NCBI GenBank assembly: GCA_043228905.1
Contig: JBHGNT010000015.1
Coordinates: 16,554,001-16,618,000 of the forward strand
Reading direction: 5' to 3'
DNA length: 64,000 bases
Source of the DNA: Azolla caroliniana
Lineage: Eukaryota; Plantae; Polypodiophyta
Positions 34,893 to 46,812 of the stretch are shown in pieces; within the stretch, counting starts at the first letter, position 1, and every line of letters starts with the position of its first letter. The position numbers and the translations under genes were made by a program. Under the pieces are notes generated by a model. It worked only from the letters and a program-made list of their open reading frames with translations. It ran no database searches and was not told where the DNA came from.

Positions 34893-37800
34893 ATGCACAC
34901 GCGGCAACCAAGAAAGGACATACTAATTATGGCGGGAGATAGACATGCACGGGAACCGAAAAAGGGCGGCTCGAGGCAAAAACCACTATATAAGACACAG
35001 GCTTGCGAAGGACTTACTTTTTACGAATTTTCCTACACACAGGCGCAGAAGCACAGAAGAGCGATCCGACACACAGAGCACACACATCCCGATCCCGAAC
35101 AACAGACAACAGAAGAAGAATCCGAACCAATGGCACTGTCGGAAGAGGCACGCCAATGGATGATAGAGAACGGGTTAGAAGGATTGCTGTAGATTGCCGA
35201 CGCTCCACCACACGCAGAACCGGAGCAGGTGGCAGCATCGATTGATTTATCAGAAGTCACGGAAGGCGCGGTGCAGGCGCTCACGGGGATAAAAGCAGGA
35301 GGACTTCAGACGATCAAAAACCCTTCAAGTCAAATCCTGTTCGAATATTTCGGTGAGTATTCCATCAGCAGCAAGGCGTACCGAACACAGGGTGGAGAGA
35401 ACCTGCTGTTCGGAGAAGTGGCCCGCGCCATGATGGAGTACGGATTCGTGAATTCTCGTCCCCCGGCCATAGCCAGGTACCGGGCAACGTTCGTAATTGC
35501 AACGTACGAAGGATTACAAGTGGACTGGCTCCATTTCATAACCGAAGGATTGAAGGAGGCCATCAAGAACCTTGTGGAAGGAAAAAAGCCATGGGCCGGG
35601 ATAGCACAATGGCTAACGGTGTTAGTCCCACCGGTACTCCCCATCAAACAAAAGAAAAGAGGTCGGCAGGAGATGACGCCGAAAAAGGTCACAAAGCGCC
35701 GACAGATCCTGGAGAAACACACCCCCGGATGGACCCAGGAAGAAGCAGAACAGCGGGAGGAAGGACCATCCCGACAGCAACAGGAACCAGCAAGAAAGGC
35801 AAAACCGGCAGGAAAAGGCAAAGGAAAACCGGCAAGGAAGACCAACAAGGAACCGGCCGAGGAAGACCAACCAATATAACGCTGCGACGGCTGGAACCGG
35901 AACCAGCGGACTTTATACAAAAGGTCCGTCTGGTAGCCGCACCGGAGGAGGAAGCTGAGACGGAAGAAGACTCATCCGAACCACTGGTAAGACTCCCAGC
36001 AAGACAAGGTTGGGAGAGACGGGCGAGAGGACCGGCTGCACCAGTTGACAGAACTCAGCAGAGGGCGCAAGGACCACCTCCAGTAGCCGGGGTCGAAGCA
36101 GTATTGGAACCCGCACCGAGGGAAGCAGTACAGGAACCGGTTTTGCCGGACTTCAGAGAACCGGTCATTCCGGAGAAGAGGAATGAACAAGCACCGGAGC
36201 CAGAGAAAAGGCCGGAAAAACAGGCTGAGTTAAGAAGTAGAAGTGAGCAATGCTACTCCAACACGGGAAGAACAAAGCCACAATGGCTGAGATGGCTTTC
36301 GGAGCAGGTGTCGGGAGTAGCGGACTAGTTAGAGGAAGAAGAAACGCGTAGGCAACACCTGACGCATACAACAACCCAGGAGTTGGTCGCGCTCCGAACA
36401 CAGATCCAGGAGTTGCAAGGGGAGCTGTTGTAGGCGAGGGAAAGAATTCAACAAACACAGGTTGTCACCGAGCCGGTCGGGACAACAAGGAAGCAACCAG
36501 AACCGGAACCGGAACCGGTAGCCTTGCAAACCGGCCCTGAGACCGAAAAAATAATAGAAACCTTGCAAGAGGAGTTAAAAGCTCAGGAGGCATTAAGGGA
36601 AAAAGAAAGGGAGCAGCGGAAAGCGGTGGAGGACGACAGACGAAGAATGGAAGAAGGCCTCCGGAAAGGCCGAGCCACTAATGACCGACTGCAAGAAGAA
36701 AAAGAAAAGCTGCAAAAGGAGAAGGACCGACTGCGTCGACAGGCCGAGCAGGTCGAGCAGGAGATAGAGCGACTGCAGGAAGAACTCCGACAACAGAAGG
36801 ACCGGGACGACCGGTTAAGAGCTCAGGTGAGCTGACGCCTGAAACAGAAGACGGAGGACTTCGATCGACTCTATCGAGATCACAAGCATGCCGAGTCGGA
36901 CAACAAGAAATGGGCAGCGGACTACGACCGGCAAATAGAGAAGCTGAAAGAACAGCTCAAAGAGACCCCATTGGACCTGGCTAAGACAATGGACGAGGTC
37001 AGTGCCAAAAAGGAAGCATTGTCGGCAGAAATAACCCAAGCGACGGAGAGAAGGAAGGAATTAGAGGCGCTAAGGTGGGAAAAGCTGGATCTGACCAAGA
37101 TCCAGAATGAAGAAAAGGAAAGATCGACCTTCACGATCAACAAACTGCAAAGTGCCTATGAAAAGCAGAAAGCGGATTACGAAGCCCAGGCTCAGATAAT
37201 GGCCGACATTATAAAACGGGCAAGGAAGGAAAAGCAAGAAGCTTATGCGCATGCTAAAGCGGGGGTTGACCGGATCAAGCTCATCATGTCATGTTGGAGT
37301 ACCCGAGCTCAGGCAAGCATCAACGAAAGTACGGAAAAGCTATGGAAGGAGTGGTCACAACAGGCAGCCGAGCTGCAGACACTCCGAGCTGATGCCGAGA
37401 ATCGGAGGAAGACCGGTGACAAGTTCTACAAGATGGATGAAGAAAGTATCGTCGCCATTCGGGAAGAATTGTCGGAGGATTTCTACGCTTTAGCGGAAGA
37501 ACATCTCCAAGAAATCTGAGGGTTGGTAGAGAGGTTGGATGACGGGCAGCTCGCAACTCAATTGGAGTTGGAGAAATACGAGCAGGACCGGTTACGACAG
37601 GAAGCCGAGGGAAGAACGACGCCAATCACTATAAGTGAGGGAGAGCGACCGGCTGAAGCTGAACCAACCAACACCGAACAACCCCGACAAGGAATACCCG
37701 AGGAAGAACTTCCGGTCCAAGAAAATCAAGAAGAGCAGGTGCAGACCGATGCCGGGGAAGAAGAAGAGCTGGGACCGGAAAACACCGGAGTAGAGGAAGA

Positions 37801-38071
37801 AGGCGCACCGAATCGACTAGTTTAGACCGGAGAAAGCGACATTGGTAACAGAACAGAGCCTGGAACGGAGGAAGAACAGGAAGAACCCGGACGGAGCGGT
37901 GAGGAAGCACCGGCACCACAGAATCAAGCAGAGCCGGAGCAGCAAATTTTTACGGAACAGCCAACCTAACCGGAGGTCGGAGACCAGGCAGGCAAGGAAC
38001 AGGAAGTGGAGAAAGAGGCACCACTTGACACCTTTGAGCGGAGTTTGCTCGATATTTTGGAGGAAGACTGA
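34893..38071 (+). pseudogene. Element B extra ORF3 (conserved domain plus coiled coil), fragmented
   Basis: ORF pieces 34893-35879, 36524-36835, 36971-37519 and 37523-37825; ends DILEED*; homologous to A ORF3. Confidence 0.8.
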
Positions 38072-38079
38072 GGCCGTGA

Positions 38080-38119
38080 GTGGGTTCGAAGTGCAAGGCA
38101 CTTTCCCACGGGCGTGCCA
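38080..38119 (+). other. tRNA-3'-like motif / minus-strand PBS in place of a PPT (element B)
   Basis: GTGGGTTCGA-agtgcaaggcact-TTCCCACGGGCGTGCCA, then TG, then the LTR start at 38122. Confidence 0.85.
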
Positions 38120-38121
38120 TG

Positions 38122-38514
38122 TGTTGGCCGGTCAGAAGAGCAAGGACAAGTGGGAAGGCGGAGTCGGATCGGATAATAGGAAGTAAATAATAGTATATTT
38201 ATTATTCGGAGGGACGGATCCGGTACAGTTGTACCGATCCGGATCCGGACCGATTCGGATGCCGGTTGCCTAGGCGCACCGATTGTAACCTTGCCAGATG
38301 CCTATAAAAGGATCCGATGATTTGTAAATGCTTTACGAACGGAAGGAATACAATTATACTTATTGCGTGTTTATCTTTGTCTTTGTATTATTTTACCGTC
38401 TGTGCTTAGTGTAATCATCTTACGCGTGTAACCTAGCATCCAATCCTTACCACCCCTTTGGAGAAGTGTTGGATAGACACCTGTGTTGAGGCTAGTCCGG
38501 CCAGGCATACAACA
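38122..38514 (+). repeat. 3' LTR of element B
   Basis: Copy of 24155-24547. Confidence 0.96.
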
Positions 38515-38519
38515 GACAA

Positions 38520-38935
38520 GAGCGCAGGAATACGGAATAGTATAATATTGTAATGCATGTAACGGTTCACGCGGGAAGCGTGAACGGCTAAAATACCCTG
38601 TGTATATAAAGGGCAGAAAACCTCTGATAGAGGTGTGGGTAATTTTGAATGTAAGAGGCGTATCATAATAGAATTCTATCTTCTCTGATATCTGTGTGTA
38701 GCTACGGCTAATCTACTGTGTGTCTGTAACACCTGAGAGCGTAGGAGTAAGTAATGGTGTGTGTGTTAGCCCACTGTCAAAGGAGCTCGGTTGTAGCCGT
38801 CTCCCTTATACGCTGCTAGGTTACGGGGAATATCCCACTAAGTATTACGCACAGACGCTACCATTTGTTGTCACACAGTCACTTGGAGGTCTAGGTTAAA
38901 GGACTGATCGTAGACCGTGTTCCTAGTTGGTAACA
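38520..38935 (+). repeat. Remainder of element A 3' LTR
   Basis: Matches 15237-15652. Confidence 0.95.
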
Positions 38936-38940
38936 TCCAC

Positions 38941-41442
38941 ATTCCACTAGATGTCGTGAAGTGAAAGACGAAAAGAGATGTATCATCGAACCTTGTTATG
39001 AAAAAGCTAAGATGTATGCAAATGAAGTGGAGAACCATTTGTTAAATTTTTCTCTAAGCAACGATGTTTAAGAAAATTGGCAACATTTGAAGGATATAAT
39101 CCTTAAGGTTGGATATCAATGCTTTAAGAGACATGTGGGTGGTCATAAGCTGTGTAGTTTTCCATGTAATTCTTGGTTCGACGATGAATGTAAGATGTAT
39201 CTCAAATAGTTTAAGTCCATAGAAGGGGGGAATGAAAAGATTGTTGCATGGCACATATACAAGAAAGCAGTGAGGAGAAAGAAAAGAAGATATTTCCAAA
39301 TGCAAGAGATGAAAAAGAAAAACTTGTTTAAGATCAAACCAAAATTAGTATGGGAACAACTCAAGGGTAAGAAAGAAGATGTGAAAGGTCACTTTACAAA
39401 TGAAGAGATGCTAGACTATGTACAAAGGTTATATATTCATGAAGGTGTGGCTCCTACGGTTGAGAAAATTGAAATTCCATGCACTACATGTATCGATATT
39501 GATGATGTCAATAAGGGAATAAAGAAGATGGCAAGTGGGAAAGCAATAGATTCAACCTATGTCTCAAGTGAGCTTTTAAAATGGATAATGACAATTTTAG
39601 AGCAAGCTATAAAACAAGGATTTCCAAATAATTGGCTTATGAATTGGATTAAACCAATATTTAAAGGTGGAGGTAAGAATCAAGTAGCAAATTATCGTAC
39701 AATAATGGTGAGTTCAACTATTGCTAAATTATATAGTACTATTATGGAGAAAAAGATAAGCACATGGGCTGAGAGTACAAGCAAAAGAGGGCAAGCCGGA
39801 TTTAGAGCAAAACACTCCACCATGGATCATTTGGCCACATTAAAAGTAATCATGGAAGAGAGTCGACTACAAGGAAAAACACTTTATTGTTGTTTTGTTG
39901 ATTTCAAGAAAGCTTTTGATACCGTACCACGAAGTGAGCTTTGGAATAGAATGGTAGACATTGACATGCCATTAGAGTACCGAGTTGTGGTTGCACGCCT
40001 ATATGAACAAGTTAAATGCCAATTAAAAATGGATAGTGGATTCTCAAAGAGCTTTTTAAGTAACATGGGGGGTCAAGCAAGGATGTCCACTATCACCCAC
40101 ACTCTTTGGCTTATGTATTGATAAATTAGAAGAAGTGGTGAATAAGGTTGCAAGAGAAGAAGGATGGAATGACCCCAATTTGATGCAACATGTTATCTTA
40201 TTGCTTCTATATGCAGATGATGTGGTACTCTTCTCATATGATGTTGATAGTATGCAACATTTACTTGGGGTATTAGAAGAATTTTGCCATAGTAGTGGAC
40301 TAGTAATGAATGTAGAGAAAACAAAAATGATGGTAGTGCAAACCATCCAACCTCATCATTACCCTATACTCACATATAAAGGTGAACATATACAATTTGC
40401 TAAAAGCTTTAAGTATCTTGGTATTGATGTACTTGCCACAAATAAATGGAGTGCATGCTTTGATTCTAGACTCCAAGCCGGTTGGAAATCATATTACCTT
40501 TTGGAGAACCAATGCAACCAAATTGATACTTGTGGATGGGAAGTAAAATTAATGTTGTTCAATGCCATGGCAACTCAAGTATTGCTTTATGGAGTAGAAG
40601 TATGGGGTGGCACCATCTCTCTTAATGCATGGAACGAGATTGAGAAAATTCAAAAGATGTTTTTAAGGAGGCAATTAGGAGTTAAATGCACTACCTTTTG
40701 CCAGGTTATGCTCTTGGAAACGGGTGTTCGACCCATAGAACTATTGGCACTCCAAAGAGTACATAAATACATTACAAAAGTCAAGAATATGCCGAATCAT
40801 TGATTACCACATCTTTCTTGGAATGTTGGATGTAAGCTACACAAGAATCATAAAAGTAAGATTCTCTCATATGGTTGGGTTGTTGACATAAAGAAATGGT
40901 TTAGAAGATGGGATGTGGATGATCTTTTAGGGCTTTTAGGCAATGCTATGCAATATGTAATGATTGAGGAAAGGTTGGTGGAATCATTAAGGATGAAGTG
41001 GGAGGATGCTAAGAGGGCAAAGCTAGAATACTACATTGCAAATGTTAACCCTGAATGTTGGTCTCAATATAAAGCAAGAATGTCTATTGATCGTATCCAA
41101 CCTTATCGCATTACCAATATGAGTAGCAATGCTCATAGAGCCCTTACAGTACATCGCACTCGATCTCACAAGTTAGGTATTGAAGTTGCATCATGGTATC
41201 AAAATGTAACGAATTTGAAGACATGTAAAGTATGCAATGAAGGCATGGTAGAGGATGAATGTCACTTGCTCTTCACATGCTCGACATATAGTGCAATTCG
41301 TTCAAGATATGTTGACATACTAAGAGGGAGTGATAACTTAAGATCCATACTTAAGACACCACCTAGAAGGTTGAGCTCATATGTGTATGCTTTATTAACA
41401 CATAGAGACTTTGTGCTTCAACATTTGAATACCCCTTCTTAG
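38941..41442 (+). pseudogene. LINE ORF2 continuation: RT and C-terminal zinc finger
   Basis: NYRTI, QAGFR, FVDFKKAFD, LLYADD, FKYLG and CKVC...EDECHLLFTC motifs; a few frameshifts/stops. Confidence 0.93.
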
Positions 41443-43439
41443 GAAGGAGACATATATCAAGAACACATGTATACTCTGGTCCCATAGGTCAAAATTGGCC
41501 TCTTTATGGACGATAAAAATTCTAATTCTAAATCTAATTCTAATCAAAACTTCGTGTTCTTCTCTTCAACTTTCAAATAATTTAGAGCCCTATCTTCTTG
41601 CAACACGATATGTACTTTTGACTGGAAACATGTTTTGCAAGAAAATCAGCCCATATTGAGGTCGATGGTACAAAATTTAATTTCATTTTATGTTTGATTA
41701 AGTCCGTAAAAAATGATGCTTAAAGGAGTCATGTCGAATATTATTGTCCATCTTTGGATTTCGTGTTGGCTTTGGGGTTAGGACTGCTAGGTCATAACAA
41801 AGGTGATGAGACGTGCCTCAACATGGTGTTTGGGGTAAGAAAATGACATGGTTTATTTTTTACGTTTTAGTTGTATAATTTGTGAAGTGATGATGAGGGT
41901 GTGGTTGATGCTAGTAAACTTGGTGACTAGAGGTGATAAGGACATAGTGAGCATTGATGCTATAGAAATAGTCATTTCACTAGCTTGAATCAATAGGTTG
42001 TTGATGAAATGAGGTGCAATATGTGACATAGGAAGGTTGATATTGGATGGCGATGTCATAGTATCCTTGTTATTGGGGCAATTGTGGTGGTGATGCATTT
42101 GTGTTCAGTTACAGATCCATACACATCCCACTGAAGGTCTAAAAACTCCTTGGGGGACAATGCCCATCCTAGCTCATGGCTTGGTCATAGAGTGGTTTAA
42201 TTTAGCAATCTAGGAAGCACGAATGTTTGTAAGGCTAAGAAAGTCGAAGACACGACTATAACGAAGAAGATGAATTGGCCTTGACATCGTCTTCATCATG
42301 GTATTCTAGGTAAGGACATCGCATGGTTTCATTGTCAGATTATAGTTATATATTTTGTGCATATGTGATCATGATTGATGCTAATAAACTTGGTAATTGT
42401 GTTATGGATTTTGGATCAAGGGTAAAGACATCACCAAGGTTTCTAAGGTGACAAGGATTATACAAGTCCATGAGATGTTCAAGCGCATTATAATAGGAGG
42501 AGACAAATTGGATGGTGAGGGAGAAGGGATAAGGATACATAGAAGTTGGAAGGGTCAATGGTTGGACTTAGTTGAAGTGGTCGAATTTTGAAGAAGGCAA
42601 ACCAAGAACAAGTAAGAGGCAAGAATAACAAGAATAGAAAGTGGAGAAAAGTAGAAGGATAAGGAGGTCGACCTCTATTTGTCTATAAAAAGGACAAGAG
42701 GGCTTCTGCTGGAGTGGGAGCTTCATCTTTTCTTCTAGGTTTTGTGCTGATCAAGGTAGGATCATGATGGGGAGATTGGGGCGATATTCTAGAGGCTGAT
42801 CCAGTTTGGTGTTAGGGGGACCATAGGCTCATTTTGTGGCTACCCCAAGTGCTCGAGTTTTGGAGAAATTCTTGATCCACATTTGAGTGATGGAAAGAAT
42901 GCTGAAGCGTTGGGGAAGGACGAGGCATAAATGTTAATTTGGATATAGGGGGAGGGTTTTTTGGCCGCCGTCAACATTCTCTCTATCGTTGAAGATATCG
43001 GCCTTCTTATTTGAGAGTGACCACTTGCATTAGTCATAACTTGGCCATTCAGAATCCCATTTCTGATATTTTTGTACCTTGGTTTCCTCTTTCTATCTTC
43101 TCTTCTTTGAACATGTATATGTATCTTGATTAAACCATAATATCTGGTTTTCCGTTAAAAACTCTAATACCGAGTCTTTCTAGGTAGATATTCTTGTTTA
43201 GGTTTCTTACATATTGGTAATAGATTGTTCAAGTTCTCTATTCATGTGAGTGCGATCTAGTGTATAGTTCATACCACATCATACAGTAACTAGTAGTGAT
43301 AATGACAAGCGAAGTGTTTATTTCACTTATTAGGAATGATAGATAGTCAGCGAGTAGATGGTCGATCAAAAGTATAGGAAGGACAATTTTGGGCTTGGAT
43401 GTTGTTACATCCTTGTTATTTAGATTATCATGACGTTAC

Positions 43440-46400
43440 TGGTTTCATGTCCCACTAAAAAGGTAACATTAAACGGAAATACATGGTTGAAGCTAGGAGA
43501 TAGAAAGCTTCGTCAAAAGGCCTAGTGGAAAATTGTTGGTGGTTACGTAAATTGTAAGAGGTCTATAGACATACACACATTTGGTAATGATTGTATGGAT
43601 GAAAGCCAAATCTTCGCTAATCTAGATGATGACATTGCTTGTTTCAAGTCAAGGGGGAGTTTATGGTCTTTGGTGACATGAATGCTCATATAAGAAGTTT
43701 GTCACTTGATGCACACAAATCTTTCATGCCACACATCTCAAGGATGCAAGAGGATATGCAATATAGTTTCTCTTCTGTTGATGAAAAAGATCCAAATAGA
43801 TTTGGGAAGTTAGTTCTACAAATGTGCAATAATACTACTAAGAATGCTTCTTGGAAATGGTGTATCCTTATGGCCCAACAGTAATAATTTTCCATGTAGA
43901 AAACACAATAGAAATAGTGTATTCAAGTATGTGTTACATTAAGAAGGTATCTTGGATAATATACACAAATTCTCACTTAGTGAATGGACACTAAATCCGA
44001 TAATCAAACTATATTTATTGACTTCAAAGGTATGTTAAGGTTGGACTGTGTGAAGACATTGAAGGCATTAAACAATTGTAGTTGAGCATAAACCTGAAAT
44101 GAGCGTCCGTGTATTGAAAGATGGTTGAGGAGATGTTACAAATGCAAAGATACAAGGTAGGGATTGGTGCCACATTATATGTAAACGGAAGCTTTCAAGA
44201 AAGTCTTTTTCTCATGTAAAGATAAACGTTTTCAGCCAAACACATACCTTGTAAAGGCATCAATAAGCATCGTTTAAAGAACAAATGGTTTGATAAGGAG
44301 TGTCATGAAGCTTGTAAGTGCCTTATGAGTCTAGATGTAGTCAAGAATAAGAAATAGTATCAAAAGTATTTCCATAAGTACAAAAGAATAATTCAAAGAA
44401 AAGGAAAAATATGGGAAGTTACTCAACAATGTCTCTAAACATAAGGGAAAGCACACGCATGTGCTAAAGTTTGGGGAAATTTAATGGGGAAATACGTTAA
44501 TGGTTAAGGTGACTTAACCCAATTCTTATGGACTTGTCTATGCATTGTAAGACTCGATATGACCTATCAATTGTTGGAACGATGATGTGTTATGGATCTC
44601 TTTCATATATCGCTCCCCCCTTTACGATTGAGGATGTATGCATATTTGTTAAGAAATTGGCCTCTCCAAAGGCAAACAATCTTCAATCTATAAATGCTAA
44701 AATGCCCAAGTGGACAAGAATGGACGCACATGCATAGATAAGTGATATGTTTAATATGCAGTGCAACATGGCATGCCATATGGTTGGACGACGAATTGGA
44801 TTAAACCTTTACACAAAGGTGGAGATCTAAATAATGTAAACAATTTTCGAACCATCATGGTCAGCTCACTAATGGCAAAACTATTTGGATGTATAATGTA
44901 ATCAAATATAAGTGCATGGGATAAACAAAATGTAAGAGATCTTATGGACAAGAATACTGTCAAAAACCCCACATCATCATCGATCACCTTGTCACCCTTC
45001 AAGTGTTAATGGAAGAAAGTTTCTTGAGAGGTTTATGTTTCTTTTTAGACTTCAAGAACGATTTTTTAATGGCACCTTGTGAGCATCTTTAGAGGCGCAT
45101 GGAAGAACTCAGGGTGCCAAGCTAATATCTGCTTGAAATTGTCTGAATCTATGAGAAGATTACATGTTGTATGTGACATATGGGTAATAAAATTTTAGAT
45201 TTTTTAATACCACCATTGGTGCTAAGAAAGGATGCACTCTCACCAACTCTATTGGGTCTATGCATTGATGAATTAAAACAAATGATTGTCAAGTTTATAA
45301 ATGAAGAAAGAATTGAAGAAGTTGTCATTTGGAATGTACAACTATCATGCTTTTGTTGTATGCAAATGATGTGGTACTTCCTGCACACTTTAGGAGATGC
45401 AAAAAAGCTTATGAGGGCATTGGAAGACTTTTGCATGCATGAGATCATGTCCATGGAAAGGATTATTGAATACATGCTCAAGGTTCAAAAAAGTCCCTTG
45501 CATCAGCTTCTTGGAATCGCATGGAAGCAAGAAAAAAGATCTAAAAGACACATAAAAGCAAAATTTTGTGTTTAGGTTGGATGCAAGATATGGGAAAATG
45601 GTTTGGGAGATGGGATGCTACACACTTGCTTCATGTTACATTAATAGATTCCTTTGTGAATGATGTCTTTTTGCAACAACAATGTATCATGACATGGGAA
45701 AAATGTGGAGGCTCACGCTTCACACATTATACTACATGTGTTGTACCTAACTATAAAATCATGTTCTTCATAGAATGAGGAAGCTACACATGTTAATACA
45801 TGTTAGAACCCATGTTCTTCGTTGAATGAGGAAACTTCACACATCAATACATGTTAGAGCCCATCTCATTGTCTGCCCTCCAAACCATTGCTTTAATGTG
45901 ACTTAGCTCACACAGACTACGTTGTGAGATGATGGGATGCAACACACTTGCTTCATGGTACATAAATATATTCCTTTGTGAATGAAACATTTTTGCAACG
46001 ATAATGTAACATCACATGGGAAAAACGTTGAGGCTTATGCTTCACACATTATACTATATATGTAGCACCTAACTACAAAATCATGGTCTTAGCCAAACGG
46101 GAAATTGCACACATTAATACATTTTAGAGCCCATCTCATTGTCCACCATCCAAACCATTTCTTTCATGTGGCTTAGCTCACATGAAACATTTTTGCAACG
46201 ATAATGTAACATCACATGGGAAAAACGTTGAGGCTTATGCTTCACACATTATACTATATATGTAGCACCTAACTACAAAATCATGGTCTTAGCCAAACGG
46301 GAAATTGCACACATTAATACATTTCAGAGCCCATCTCATTGTCCACCATCCAAACCATTTCTTTCATGTGGCTTAGCTCACACTCACTACAATGTTAGTA

Positions 46401-46720
46401 GGGTGTTGGGGTACAAGTGAAGAGAGTAATTGACTATGAAGACTTTACCTTGAACGAGTTTAGGAGTCTTGAGTGTCACACTTTGATACAATGCTTTACT
46501 TTTGATCATATAAAACTATGCTTTCCACATATCTTTGACCAAACCCAATCCTTGCACAAATTTCTCTAAGAAGTAGAACCATGGTGTGCAGTCTCAATTG
46601 TGACATTATTTAGTAAAGTTCTTGAACATCGAGAGTCGCTACTCACTTTCACATGTACTATGTGAAAATATTATTATGTTTGTCTCATAGGTCATCCATT
46701 GAAGATGATGATAAAATCAC
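43440..46720 (+). mobile_element. Second, older RTE/RTEX-like LINE remnant; boundaries approximate
   Basis: Endonuclease fragment (FGDMNA), RT fragments (WIKPLHKGGD...NFRTIMVSS) and a degenerate zinc finger near 46470; followed by a microsatellite. Confidence 0.75.
45982..46381 (+). repeat. Recent 200-bp tandem duplication
   Basis: 45982-46181 versus 46182-46381, one mismatch seen; an older related copy lies at ~45610-45912. Confidence 0.9.
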
Positions 46721-46729
46721 TCTCACTTT

Positions 46730-46747
46730 CACTCGCTCGCTCGCTCG

Positions 46748-46809
<62 letters not shown>
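46730..46809. repeat. Compound microsatellite (CTCG)n(CA)n(CT)n
   Basis: Read directly from the sequence. Confidence 0.95.

Positions 46810-46812
<3 letters not shown>

Larger units (their letters stand above)
24155..38514 (+). mobile_element. Ty3/Gypsy LTR retrotransposon B, same lineage as A, inserted in A's 3' LTR
   Basis: TSD GACAA at 24150-24154 and 38515-38519; 393-bp LTRs differing at about 5 positions; gag-pol plus ORF3. Confidence 0.96.
15205..38935 (+). mobile_element. Ty3/Gypsy non-chromovirus LTR retrotransposon A (outer element)
   Basis: TG...CA ends; TSD TCCAC at 15200-15204 and 38936-38940; gag-PR-RT-RH-IN order; ORF3; LTRs ~93-94% identical by hand count. Confidence 0.95.
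13290..41546 (+). mobile_element. Two-ORF RTE/RTEX-like LINE, interrupted by the LTR nest at 15205-38935; 5' boundary approximate
   Basis: ORF1, AP endonuclease, RT and a C-terminal CCHC finger are collinear across the insertion (TSD TCCAC); 3' tail of (TTCTAA)n-like repeats at ~41518-41545. Confidence 0.88.

Noticed and set aside
38060-38119. A real tRNA gene
   Set aside because: There is no D-arm or anticodon arm, the T-loop has an inserted hairpin, and the CCA is encoded.
41640-43300. Decayed LTR element (knuckle-like and PBS-like traces)
   Set aside because: It is too degenerate to fix boundaries or orientation.
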